DNA from: Victivallales bacterium
Lineage (GTDB): Bacteria; Verrucomicrobiota; Lentisphaeria; Victivallales; GWF2-50-93
Assembly (NCBI GenBank): GCA_049297395.1
Contig: JBAQUG010000499.1
Coordinates: forward strand, 15,140 to 79,139
DNA length: 64,000 bases
Direction: 5' to 3'
The translations under genes were made by a program, and so were the position numbers. The notes beneath the pieces are model-generated. The model was not told the origin of the DNA and searched no databases. It saw nothing but the letters and a program-made list of their open reading frames with translations. Position 1 is the stretch's first letter. Every line of letters starts with the position of its first letter. Positions 27,199 to 36,504 of this stretch are shown in pieces.

Positions 27199-28257
27199 AT
27201 GAAAGTTGTTGCAAGTGTGATTGGCTGCGGAAACATTTCAAAGTTTCATTTTTCCGGGCTCGAAAAGTCCGGTGTGGAAGTCAAATGGGTCTGTGATCTC
27301 TCGGAGAAGAACGCAAAGCCGTGGGCGGATAAGTTCGGTGCGAAATACAGCGCGGACTACAATGATGCGCTCAAGGATGCCGAAGTCAATCTCATGGTCA
27401 TAACCCCGTTTTCATTTCTTCACAGGAAAATGTGCCTGGACTCGATCAATGCCGGGAAGTCGGTGATATGTGAAAAGACCCTTGCCGAAAATCCGGATGA
27501 CGCGCTGGAGATCGTGAAGGCTGCCGAAAAGAAAAAAACGATATTCTACACATCCTATATGAAAAGATTTATTCCGGCTGCGGAAAAGGCGAAGGAACTG
27601 ATGCCGTCGCTCGGCAGAATCATGTCAACCCATATCCGGGCGTACCAGTGCTGGGGCGAACTCTGGACGAAGACCCAGACGGAAGGTTTCTTCCACACTC
27701 CTCCTGGAGGCAAGTCCATGGTCGTGAAAAATTATGGAGGCGGAATCCTTGTCTGCGGAGGAAGCCACATCCTCGACCTTGTCTGCTTCTTCCTCGGCAG
27801 ACCCCACAGGCTTTACGCCACAATGCATGGACCGAAGGGCGGTGATTTTGATATCCAGACCGCCGCACTCATGGAGACTGAAAATGGAATTGTCCACTAC
27901 GAAGCGCTCGCGCATCCGTTGAACAAGATAGGTTTTCTCCGTGACGGCTGGGATGAAAAGGTTGAGATCAACGGCGTGAACGGCAGACTCGAGATCTACA
28001 GTGCCGCCTGGGATCAGGTTGCGAGCAAGGCTTCCATGCTTGTCCATTACGACAACACGACGGGTAATTCGACGGAATACCGTTTTGCGCCCGAATCCCC
28101 CTTTGACAGGGCGGTGGCTTTTTTCTGTGCGAATATCGCAAAAGGCACGCAGGGAAGCCAGTCCCGCGTCACCGGCTACGATGTGGATGAACTGATAGCC
28201 CATATCAAGAAGAGCTCTGAAACCGGGACGGCATTGCAGATAAAATACCGCTGTTGA
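27199..28257 (+). CDS. Gfo/Idh/MocA-family NAD(P)-dependent oxidoreductase
   Basis: 352 aa. MKVVASVIGCGNISKFHFSGL (Rossmann) and VICEKTLAENPDDA (EKP-type motif). Confidence 0.8.
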   Translation: MKVVASVIGCGNISKFHFSGLEKSGVEVKWVCDLSEKNAKPWADKFGAKYSADYNDALKDAEVNLMVITPFSFLHRKMCLDSINAGKSVICEKTLAENPDDALEIVKAAEKKKTIFYTSYMKRFIPAAEKAKELMPSLGRIMSTHIRAYQCWGELWTKTQTEGFFHTPPGGKSMVVKNYGGGILVCGGSHILDLVCFFLGRPHRLYATMHGPKGGDFDIQTAALMETENGIVHYEALAHPLNKIGFLRDGWDEKVEINGVNGRLEIYSAAWDQVASKASMLVHYDNTTGNSTEYRFAPESPFDRAVAFFCANIAKGTQGSQSRVTGYDVDELIAHIKKSSETGTALQIKYRC

Positions 28258-28292
28258 AGTTTTCATGTCCCACATAGTATGAGGTGGACTTA

Positions 28293-29834
28293 ATGCAAGA
28301 GCATCCGAACGTGCTGATTTTCTGTGTTGACCAGATGCGGGCGGACCACATGGGTTGCGCCGGCAATAAGAGTATCCGCACCCCCAGCCTCGACAGGCTG
28401 GCGGCGGACGGTGTAATATTCAACCGGTCATACTGCAACAATCCCGTGTGCATGCCGGCACGGGCCACAATGTTCACGTGTCTGCTGCCCAGGGACCATG
28501 GCGTAAGAATGAACGGACAGTCCCTCCGCAAGGACATTCCAACTATGCCGGGAATTCTCCGGGATTCAGGATATTCCACCCATGCCTGCGGCAAGCTTCA
28601 CCTCACGCCCTGGGTTCCCGATGTATCCCCTCCTGATGTTTATTCCTATCCCGAATGCATGAAATACTGGAACGAAGGGCTCCTATCTGAATTTCCGGTG
28701 CCGTACTATGGCTTTGAAACAGTTGATTTTGTCGGAGGGCATACATGCTATGCCTATGGACCCTACGTCGAATGGCTTGAGAAACAGGGTGGAAACCGTG
28801 GAATGCTGACGGAATCATCTGCTTTGCAGCCGCCATCCGGCGCCCCGCAATGCTACAAAATGTCGCTCCCGGAGGAACTTCATTACAACCGTTTCATCGC
28901 GGATTCCGCCATCAGGAAAATCAGGAGGTCGCAGGGAAACAGGGAAAACCCCTTCTTCATATGGTGTTCTTTTCCCGATCCTCACCTGCCGGTTGCCCCG
29001 CCAGCGCCATACTGCGACATGTATGATCCCGGCGACATGCCACCGCCAAAGTCCGGCAAAGGGGAAATTGACCGCCTCCCATCGGTCTATAAACAGGTTC
29101 TGGATGGCTCCTTCCGGCCCAACGGCACTCTTAACACCGGAGTAGAGGACAGCCACTGGCAGGAAATGATAGCCCTGACATACGGCATGGTAACTCATGT
29201 CGATACGGAAATAGGCCGCGTTGTGAAGGCTCTTGACGATACAGGGCTTTCCAGCGACACGCTTGTAATTTTCACATCGGATCATGGAGACATGATGGGA
29301 GACCATGGATTGCTCTGGAAGGCTTTTTACACCTTTGCCGGATGCATACGGACTCCCCTGATAGTCAAAGTTCCAGGGATCACTTCCGGACATAGAAGCG
29401 AAGACTTGGTTTCACAGCTGGATCTTCTGCCAAGCATACTTGATATCTGCAATATCCGCGACCCTGCCGACAGCTGGGTCGAAAAGAAAACTCCATTTTC
29501 ACGCGGAGCGATACGCCCGCTCCTTTCACGTCCGGGACGAAGCTGGAAGGAACTCCTGGGCCGAGAGTCAACTTCCGTCCGTCCGCCTGTCGTAATAGAA
29601 AATGATGACCTTACCACAGGTTTCAAAGTAAGAAGCATCGTGACAAAAAACCACCGTCTCACCATCTATCCTGGAACGGCGGACGGGGAGCTTTTTGATA
29701 TTGCCAGCGATCCCCATGAATTAATGAATCTCTGGTATGATGAACCGGAAATAAAAAAAGAGCTGGTATGCCAATTGCTGGATTCCTATTCCCTCTCCAC
29801 CCCTTCCTATCCGGTTCCGCCATGGAACTCCTGA
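28293..29834 (+). CDS. Cys-type (formylglycine) sulfatase, no signal peptide
   Basis: The track start is GTG 28284, but ATG 28293 follows GAGGTGG. VLIFCVDQMRADHMGCAGN and CNNPVCMPARATMFT (C-x-P-x-R core), ...FTSDHGDMMGDHG. The N-terminus MQEHPNVLIF has no hydrophobic leader. Confidence 0.85.
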   Translation: MQEHPNVLIFCVDQMRADHMGCAGNKSIRTPSLDRLAADGVIFNRSYCNNPVCMPARATMFTCLLPRDHGVRMNGQSLRKDIPTMPGILRDSGYSTHACGKLHLTPWVPDVSPPDVYSYPECMKYWNEGLLSEFPVPYYGFETVDFVGGHTCYAYGPYVEWLEKQGGNRGMLTESSALQPPSGAPQCYKMSLPEELHYNRFIADSAIRKIRRSQGNRENPFFIWCSFPDPHLPVAPPAPYCDMYDPGDMPPPKSGKGEIDRLPSVYKQVLDGSFRPNGTLNTGVEDSHWQEMIALTYGMVTHVDTEIGRVVKALDDTGLSSDTLVIFTSDHGDMMGDHGLLWKAFYTFAGCIRTPLIVKVPGITSGHRSEDLVSQLDLLPSILDICNIRDPADSWVEKKTPFSRGAIRPLLSRPGRSWKELLGRESTSVRPPVVIENDDLTTGFKVRSIVTKNHRLTIYPGTADGELFDIASDPHELMNLWYDEPEIKKELVCQLLDSYSLSTPSYPVPPWNS

Positions 29835-29864
29835 AGTCTGACACCTGCGGGCGTTCATTCCTGC

Positions 29865-29918
29865 GGCAGGCCTCACCGGCTTTACGCCACAATGCATGGA
29901 CCGAAGGGCGGTGATTTC
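29865..29918 (+). pseudogene. 18-codon relic of a Gfo/Idh/MocA paralogue
   Basis: Matches 27796-27849 at 50 of 54 nt, including a 40-nt perfect block (27809-27848 = 29878-29917). All four differences are synonymous in the oxidoreductase frame (GRPHRLYATMHGPKGGDF). The homology is lost on both sides. Confidence 0.7.
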
Positions 29919-30802
29919 TTTTTGATTGCCAGGCCGTTCCTGATTTTCCTGTATTGCCGAGGGGAGACTCCCATTATCCTCCTGAACTGCTTGGAGAAAT
30001 AATTGCCGTCGGAAAATCCGCAGTTGAATGCGGTTTCAGTGATATTGCCCCTGCCCGACCACATGAGTTCCACAGCCTTCCTGATCCGCAGCCGGATGAT
30101 GTGCTCGAGCGGAGATGCGTGAAATATTTTCTTGAACATCCTGAAGAAATGACGGTCCGACATTGCCGCGCGGCGTGCGAGATCCGCAACAGTCGAATGC
30201 TTCGTGTAGTTCTCCTCCATCCACGCAACCGCCTCGCTGAACCGCAGCAGTCCGTCCGTTGAATTTTCAGAGGAAGTCGGGTAAATCCTCGAAAGAAATA
30301 CGATCAGCTCAAGCAGATACGCCCGGCTTACACAGTCGAAGCCCGGAGGACGCATCTCCATCTCATGGCGCAGGCGTTGAATCTTTTCCACAACTTCCTT
30401 CAGGTGGGCGCTGTCCAGACGCAGGAGACTGCGAAATTCGATGCCACTCCTTCTCGCGGGCTCAAGAATAAACAATGCCTGGTAGCCCGGCATCGTTTTG
30501 AGCTTTTCCAGTGGGAAATTGAAGATCTCGGGGCGGTACATGACGTTCATTATCCTGAAATCCCTGGTGGCATTCTTAAACCCATGCTCCTGGTTGCCTT
30601 GGAGAACATACACATCCCCGCTGGAGACATGGTATGTTTTTCCCTTAATGCAATGTTCCGCCCGTCCAGCAAGGACGATGACGATTTCAATGTAGTCGTG
30701 GGTGTGCAGCGGATACCCGGACGATACGAGATTCTGGACGCTTATCTTGCAGAAATCGTATTCCTTCTCAAAATGCGTCTTTGCTGATATCCTGTGTGTC
30801 AT
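29882..30802 (-). CDS. AraC-family transcriptional regulator (cupin + HTH)
   Basis: 306 aa. HTHDYIEIVIVLAG (cupin) and TVADLARRAAMSDRHFFRMFKKIFHASPLEHIIRLRIRKAVELM...TETAFNCGFSDGNYFSKQFRRIMGVSPRQYR. The last ~12 codons are antisense to the oxidoreductase relic. Confidence 0.85.
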   Translation of the reverse strand: MTHRISAKTHFEKEYDFCKISVQNLVSSGYPLHTHDYIEIVIVLAGRAEHCIKGKTYHVSSGDVYVLQGNQEHGFKNATRDFRIMNVMYRPEIFNFPLEKLKTMPGYQALFILEPARRSGIEFRSLLRLDSAHLKEVVEKIQRLRHEMEMRPPGFDCVSRAYLLELIVFLSRIYPTSSENSTDGLLRFSEAVAWMEENYTKHSTVADLARRAAMSDRHFFRMFKKIFHASPLEHIIRLRIRKAVELMWSGRGNITETAFNCGFSDGNYFSKQFRRIMGVSPRQYRKIRNGLAIKKKSPPFGPCIVA

Positions 30803-30962
30803 GGCAGTATCGTACCGATATTTGTCACTATTGTCAAGGTTTATACCATTTCAGTCCATATTTTAATAAGCATTAATATGGCAATCCATGAAGACAGGAG
30901 GTGAAGATGGTGTTTGAAGAATCAGTTGTTTTTAAACGTGAAAACAGAAGGAGTATGAAACA

Positions 30963-33900
30963 ATGAAAATATTTTTATGGAATCAACTTTCAGCACTTGG
31001 AAAAACCGCCAAGCTACTACATCCCGTCTCCTCGCACCTCTTTTCCTTGATCGTTTTCTTTTCAACCTTGCTGGGCTTGGGCATCCCCCAGAGCTTTGCC
31101 CAGGGCGAACGCGGCGCCGCTTATGATAAATTGGGTTTTTATCCTGGCACCTTCAATATCGAAAATCCGGAGGGCTACAACAACCTGCTTGACATAGAAC
31201 AATGGCTGGGACGCAAGATTCCGTTCATAGTACAGATGTCCGATTGCCGTAATGCCGATTCCATGATGTATTCGGTCCTCGGTACAACCCCAGCCTGGAA
31301 GGCAACAGGTGAGCCCGTCACTTTGGTAATGAATGTTCCCTTGGCCTTCAAGGGCGGCAACGGATCCACCCCCGCTGGACAGGCTCTCGTGCGGCAGGGG
31401 CTCATCGATACCGCCAATGGGATGCACGACGCCCAATATTTACGATTCGCCCAAAGCCTTAAAAACGACGGGTTTGCCAATGCCATTCTTCGACTGGGGC
31501 ACGAATTTGATGGATACTGGACAGGTTGGTCCTGCATAGGGAATTACGACGTGTTCATCTCCGCCTGGCGGCACGTCCATGATATTTTTAAAGGGGTCAG
31601 TCCAGGTTTCCTTTTTGATTATAATGGCACTGTATTTTCATTCCATGCACCCGCCAATGCCTATGCTGGCGACACCCGGACACGCGCTGAAGCGGCTTAT
31701 CCCGGCGATGCCTATGTTGATGTGGTGGGATTGGATCTTTACGACCGAAATATTGGTCCCCCCTGGTATGATTATTTCAAGCAAGGCTGGAACGACCCCG
31801 AGAAGACTTGGAAAGATAAATTTATGCCGACTCTCGTTCATCATCGTGATTTTGCGGTTTCCAAAGGCAAGACTGTAAGCTTTCCCGAATGGGCGGTGCA
31901 GGCCCACGCAGGTATTTATATCTATACCGGCGGCGATGATTCCGCTCTTATCCGTAACTTTTACAACTGGATGAGCAGCCTGCCTCCCAGTGGTCCAGGA
32001 TCGCTCAAGTATCATAGTTACTTCTGGCTTGGTCCCCAGCCCAACGCAAGCAATCCAAATCTCAGCTATGGAACACTAATGCTCACAAGCCCTCAGCTGG
32101 CGGAATCCGCTTTGATGTTCAGTCAGCTTTATGGTGCCAAGTGGGTCACTGGCCAGATCGGAGATTCAAGCGGTACCGGAAGCGCTCCGGTGCTGGACGA
32201 CCTTATGAGTGGAAGTTTCACGCTCAGCAGTTCTGGCGGCGGGGTGACGGGAGCAGCGGATGATTTCCAGTATGCCTGCCAATCATTGACCGGTGACGGG
32301 CAGATTATCGCGCAGGTCACCAGCATCCGCAACAGCGATTTTTCGTCTTCCAACCCCCTGGCCATGGCGGGAGTGATGATCCGGGAGGACGATTCAGCCG
32401 GCTCCAGGAGCGCGCTTCTGGGAGTCGCTCCCGGCAAGGTGGCGTTTGTGACCCGGCTTGCTCCAGATTCTTCCAGCTCTATCGCGACGAGTGCGCGTTC
32501 AGCCCTGCCTTACTGGCTCAAACTCGTCCGCAATGCAGATGAATTTAAGGCTTACACGTCGGCTGACGGGGAGGATTGGACCATGGTGGGTTCCGCGAGC
32601 ATTCCCATGCAGGGAATTGTAAAAATAGGACTGGCTGTCAGCTCCAACCATATAGGAGTTCTAAATACCTCCACCTTCCGCAACGTCCAGGTAACCCGGT
32701 GGGATGCGACGGACGTCTTTCCCTACGATGCCGACTCTCCAGATTATTTTTCAGGCATTGTCAAGCATTATCCGGACTATGGCTATACGCGCGGGAGCAT
32801 CGGCGTCCCCAGCAGCGAGGCTGTCGACCAGGCCGGCGGCACTATGACAATATCTGCCAGCGGCAGCGGGATCGGCGGCGTGGCGGACTCCTTCGATTTT
32901 GTGCATGAAACACTTGTCGGCAATGGACAGATTGTGGCCAGGCTCCTCGGCGTTTCGCAAATCAACGCATCGTCGAAAGCAGGGCTCATGATCCGTGAAA
33001 AGCCCAGCGAAGGTTTCTCCGCGGGTTCCAAGAGCGTGCTGATGTCCTATGCGCCAGGCAATGGCTTTGTCCTTACAAGCCGTTCGACTGAAAATGGCGG
33101 ATCTTCCACCTGGGCCGGCGGCTGGGCGTACTTGCCTTATTGGCTCAAACTCGTGCGCTGCGGGGATCGTTTCACCGGTTACAAATCACCCGACGGAGTT
33201 ACCTGGACAATGGTGGGATACGCCGATGTTTCCATGGGCGCCGCCGTTGAGATCGGACTTGCAGTCACCTCGCACGACAAAACGCTTTCGGCTACATCGA
33301 ACTTCGACAACATCCGCGTCGATCGCTGGAGCAGTTGCGACATTGGAGCAATCGGAGTCCCCGGCAGCGAGACGTTTGATCCTGCCACGGGAACTTATGG
33401 GGTGACAGGGAGCGGCGCCGGAATTGGCGGAACCTCCGATGCATTCCGTTTCGTCTACCAGGCCCTCGACGGGGACGGGGAAATTGTGGCCAGGATCCGC
33501 GGCATTTCGCGAATCAACGACTCGTCGAAGGCCGGGCTCATGATCCGTGAAACGCTTTCCGCCGGTTCCAGGAGCGCGCTGATATCCTATGCGCCAGGCA
33601 GTGGATTTCTCCTTACAAGCCGTTCGACTGAAAATGGCGGATCTTCCACCTGGGCCGGCGGCTGGGCGCCGGATCCGGTCTGGCTCAAACTCCAACGCCA
33701 CGGAAACCTTTTTGTGGGATATAAATCCGCTGACGGCATCGCCTGGACCTATGTCGGCCAATATTCCATTCCCATGACGCAAACCGTCTATGTCGGGATG
33801 GCAGCGAGTTCATGCAGCAAATGGCTGCTCGGCTCGGCAACATTCGACAGCATGAAAGTCGACACGCTGTCCAATGACAACGTGGGCGCTGCGTCGGGCG

Positions 33901-34439
33901 GCGGCAAGACGTTCGATCCCGCAACGGGCGCCTACACGGTGAAGGGTGGCGGCAGCGCAGGAATTGGAGGTACAACCGATGCTTTCTATTTTGTTCATCG
34001 CACTTTGGCTGGCGATGGTGAAATTGTGGCCAGGGTCGGCGATGTTTCGCAAATCAACGCATCGTCGAAGGCAGGGCTCATGATCCGTGAAACGCTTTCC
34101 GCGGGTTCCAGGAGCGCCCTGATATCCTATGCGCCGGGCTATGGCTTCGCCTTCACAAGCAGGCTTAACGTGTCCGGCAGCTCATCAACCTGGGGCGGTG
34201 GCTGGATGCCGGGGCCCTATTGGCTCAAACTCATCCGCTGGGGAAATCGTTTCACCGGTTACAAGTCGCCCGATGGAATTACCTGGACAATGGTGGGATA
34301 TGCCGATATTCCGATGGCATCCACCACTGAAATCGGTCTGGCGGTAAGTTCGAGCGATGCGGCTAAAATCGCCACAGCAACTTTTGAAAATGTGAGTATC
34401 ACCTTGACTCCCTACCATAAGACCAACATCTTCTGGTAA
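30963..34439 (+). CDS. Secreted GH26-like (clan GH-A) glycanase followed by four tandem ConA-like/DUF1349-like domains
   Basis: 1158 aa with a signal peptide. ILRLGHEFDGYWTGW resembles the GH26 acid/base block (..HE.NG.W), and VSFPEWAV is a candidate nucleophile. Four ~160-180-aa repeats follow, each with GIGG..D.F.FV...L.GDG.I.A......N..SKAGLMIRE. Family not verified. Confidence 0.65.
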   Translation: MKIFLWNQLSALGKTAKLLHPVSSHLFSLIVFFSTLLGLGIPQSFAQGERGAAYDKLGFYPGTFNIENPEGYNNLLDIEQWLGRKIPFIVQMSDCRNADSMMYSVLGTTPAWKATGEPVTLVMNVPLAFKGGNGSTPAGQALVRQGLIDTANGMHDAQYLRFAQSLKNDGFANAILRLGHEFDGYWTGWSCIGNYDVFISAWRHVHDIFKGVSPGFLFDYNGTVFSFHAPANAYAGDTRTRAEAAYPGDAYVDVVGLDLYDRNIGPPWYDYFKQGWNDPEKTWKDKFMPTLVHHRDFAVSKGKTVSFPEWAVQAHAGIYIYTGGDDSALIRNFYNWMSSLPPSGPGSLKYHSYFWLGPQPNASNPNLSYGTLMLTSPQLAESALMFSQLYGAKWVTGQIGDSSGTGSAPVLDDLMSGSFTLSSSGGGVTGAADDFQYACQSLTGDGQIIAQVTSIRNSDFSSSNPLAMAGVMIREDDSAGSRSALLGVAPGKVAFVTRLAPDSSSSIATSARSALPYWLKLVRNADEFKAYTSADGEDWTMVGSASIPMQGIVKIGLAVSSNHIGVLNTSTFRNVQVTRWDATDVFPYDADSPDYFSGIVKHYPDYGYTRGSIGVPSSEAVDQAGGTMTISASGSGIGGVADSFDFVHETLVGNGQIVARLLGVSQINASSKAGLMIREKPSEGFSAGSKSVLMSYAPGNGFVLTSRSTENGGSSTWAGGWAYLPYWLKLVRCGDRFTGYKSPDGVTWTMVGYADVSMGAAVEIGLAVTSHDKTLSATSNFDNIRVDRWSSCDIGAIGVPGSETFDPATGTYGVTGSGAGIGGTSDAFRFVYQALDGDGEIVARIRGISRINDSSKAGLMIRETLSAGSRSALISYAPGSGFLLTSRSTENGGSSTWAGGWAPDPVWLKLQRHGNLFVGYKSADGIAWTYVGQYSIPMTQTVYVGMAASSCSKWLLGSATFDSMKVDTLSNDNVGAASGGGKTFDPATGAYTVKGGGSAGIGGTTDAFYFVHRTLAGDGEIVARVGDVSQINASSKAGLMIRETLSAGSRSALISYAPGYGFAFTSRLNVSGSSSTWGGGWMPGPYWLKLIRWGNRFTGYKSPDGITWTMVGYADIPMASTTEIGLAVSSSDAAKIATATFENVSITLTPYHKTNIFW
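32200..34410 (+). repeat. Four intragenic tandem domain repeats (unit about 540 nt)
   Basis: Approximate units: 32200-32700, 32806-33330, 33358-33863 and 33890-34410. The 58-nt block 33071-33128 is identical to 33611-33668. Confidence 0.85.
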
Positions 34440-34471
34440 GCGGGCCGGTCTAATTGCAAAAGTCGGATTTT

Positions 34472-34512
34472 AACGGAGGGCGGGTTTTCCAACCCGCCCT
34501 CCGTTGCTTTTG
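34472..34512 (+). terminator. Rho-independent terminator
   Basis: AACGGAGGGCGGGTT (34472-34486), loop TTCC, AACCCGCCCTCCGTT (34491-34505), then GCTTTTG. Lies 33 nt after the stop of the 1158-aa gene. Confidence 0.85.
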
Positions 34513-34623
34513 AATCGAATTTTGCAAATGGCCCGGATACAAGGAAAACTATGACATTGAAATAAACATGAAATAAAAAAATTCTTTTTTTTTATCTTGG
34601 ACATCTTGCATTATTTTTCCGTT

Positions 34624-34640
34624 TGCGTTATAATAACGCA
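34624..34640. promoter_or_regulatory. Perfect 17-bp palindrome, candidate LacI-family operator overlapping a -10-like TATAAT
   Basis: TGCGTTAT-A-ATAACGCA, 40 nt upstream of the LacI-family ATG at 34680. Confidence 0.5.
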
Positions 34641-34679
34641 TATTGGCAGTTATAAAATCGCAATTTACTGGAGAAGGAC

Positions 34680-35846
34680 ATGGCGGTCACATTAAAGGAC
34701 ATAGCGGAGGAGATGGGTGTAAGCGCCATGACAGTGTCCCGTGCGTTGCGCGGGGTTGACAGGATAAGTTCCGGAACCAGGAAGCGGGCGCGGACGCTGG
34801 CGGTGCGGATGGGATATCAGCCGGTCGACGGCGTGATGTTCCGGCCTCCGATGCGTGCCGGAAAAGCCGCACATTCCCTGAAAATACTTCTGCCGACGGT
34901 AGTGCGGAGGATCGGCGAGGAAGGGGGGGCCTGGTGGAATGACAGGATGGTGTCCGCGATGAAGAAACGGCTCGAACTATATAACGGAAAACTGGTTGAG
35001 CAGCATTTCAACGGCATTGAGGAACTGGTTGAGGAATACAGGCACGGACGTTTCCACGGCATTGCATTGATGCAGCCCCTTCCAACCCCGTGGATCAGGC
35101 GGCTTATGAAGTCGGGGCCGGTGGTTTATGCAGTCGAATACGACTACCAGACAGGTGTCGACAGCGTATATTCCAACGAACACCGTTCAACCTCCATGAT
35201 CAAGGATTATCTGAGGAGCTACGGCCACAGCAATATCGCATGGTTTGGAATAATAGACAGGAACGCCCCCCATCATGCGGTCTGGGACGACTGCTTGGAA
35301 GGGGGGTATCCCGAGGAGAGGGATGCTTTCAGCGTCCATGGTGCAAGGCATGCCTCGTGGGCGAACCACATCTACTGCCAGAGGCCGGATCACGGGCAGA
35401 AGCTGATCCTCATTGAACGCGACTGGAAGCTCAGGGGCCTGGAGGATGTCGTCGGAGAAGCCTTGAAGATTATTCTGTCCGCATCCCCTGAAATAACGGC
35501 GGTCGTATGCTCATGTGATCCGGTTGCGCTGGAACTTGTCAGGCAGTTGAAACAGAAGGGGATCGAAGTTCCCCGGAATATCAGCCTGATAAGCTATGGA
35601 GGATCGGAGGAAGTCAGGCGCAGCAGTCCGCCGATAACTTCGGCGACGATGCCGATGGAGACGATCGGGAGAATGATTCCGGAACTGATAGAGAGGCGCC
35701 TTGCCGATCCGGATGCCATCCCCGTCAGCATGCAGTTTGAAACACCTCTCTTTGAAGGGGCCAGCGTGGCGGAGCCGGGATGCCGCAGGTCCGGAAAGGT
35801 CCGCGGCAGGAAGACAGGGATTGATAGTGAAAGGAGGGAGAAATGA
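34680..35846 (+). CDS. LacI-family transcriptional regulator
   Basis: 388 aa. [23 protein letters not shown] (LacI HTH) with a PBP1-like C-terminal domain. GGAGAAGG lies upstream of the ATG. Confidence 0.85.
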   Translation: MAVTLKDIAEEMGVSAMTVSRALRGVDRISSGTRKRARTLAVRMGYQPVDGVMFRPPMRAGKAAHSLKILLPTVVRRIGEEGGAWWNDRMVSAMKKRLELYNGKLVEQHFNGIEELVEEYRHGRFHGIALMQPLPTPWIRRLMKSGPVVYAVEYDYQTGVDSVYSNEHRSTSMIKDYLRSYGHSNIAWFGIIDRNAPHHAVWDDCLEGGYPEERDAFSVHGARHASWANHIYCQRPDHGQKLILIERDWKLRGLEDVVGEALKIILSASPEITAVVCSCDPVALELVRQLKQKGIEVPRNISLISYGGSEEVRRSSPPITSATMPMETIGRMIPELIERRLADPDAIPVSMQFETPLFEGASVAEPGCRRSGKVRGRKTGIDSERREK

Positions 35847-36487
35847 AAAGGCGCGTGTTCACACTGATAGAGCTTTTAGTTGTGATTGCGATCATCGCAA
35901 TCCTGGCGGCGATGCTCCTGCCCGCGCTGAAAAAGGCGAAGGATACCGCCAAAACCAGTCTTTGCCTGGGCAACTTGAAGCAGCTATACGTAATTGGAGA
36001 CATATACCGCGAGGACAACCTGAACTGGGTTTTGTTCTGGGATTCTGACTCATCCTATTGGTACCATCGACTTTTCCCGAACGAGAATCCTGCCGTGGGA
36101 AATTTCATGACAGGGCCGTTTGCGGCCGGCGCCAAAAATCCTCCCGGCTGGCAGTGCATGCAATGCCCTTCAGGGACGAATGGATATGGAGTGGGCTGGA
36201 AGTATAGCTATGCAGTGAATGCCGGTATCTGCGGCTGGCCGCCGCCAATGTACAGGGTTCCTGGGCACAAGGGGCCAGCCTATCCCAAAAAACCTGAAAT
36301 CATCCCATGGCTCGTTGACGGTGAAAACTGCTGGTTCAATTCTGCCGATCTGGCAACCTATGTCTATCCCAAGCATAACAATCATAACAACGGAGCCAAT
36401 GTCAACTTTTTTGACGGACACGCGCAATGGGTTGGAGGGACGGACATTCGAAACGTCCTCTACGGTAACATAACTAGCTGGCAATGA
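35843..36487 (+). CDS. Prepilin-type N-terminal domain / H-X9-DG pseudopilin-like protein
   Basis: 214 aa. [37 protein letters not shown]-terminal [13 protein letters not shown] (H-X9-DG). ATGA overlap with the LacI gene, and AAGGAGGG upstream of the ATG. Confidence 0.9.
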   Translation: MKRRVFTLIELLVVIAIIAILAAMLLPALKKAKDTAKTSLCLGNLKQLYVIGDIYREDNLNWVLFWDSDSSYWYHRLFPNENPAVGNFMTGPFAAGAKNPPGWQCMQCPSGTNGYGVGWKYSYAVNAGICGWPPPMYRVPGHKGPAYPKKPEIIPWLVDGENCWFNSADLATYVYPKHNNHNNGANVNFFDGHAQWVGGTDIRNVLYGNITSWQ

Positions 36488-36504
36488 TTCCTGAATTCTT
36501 CTAG

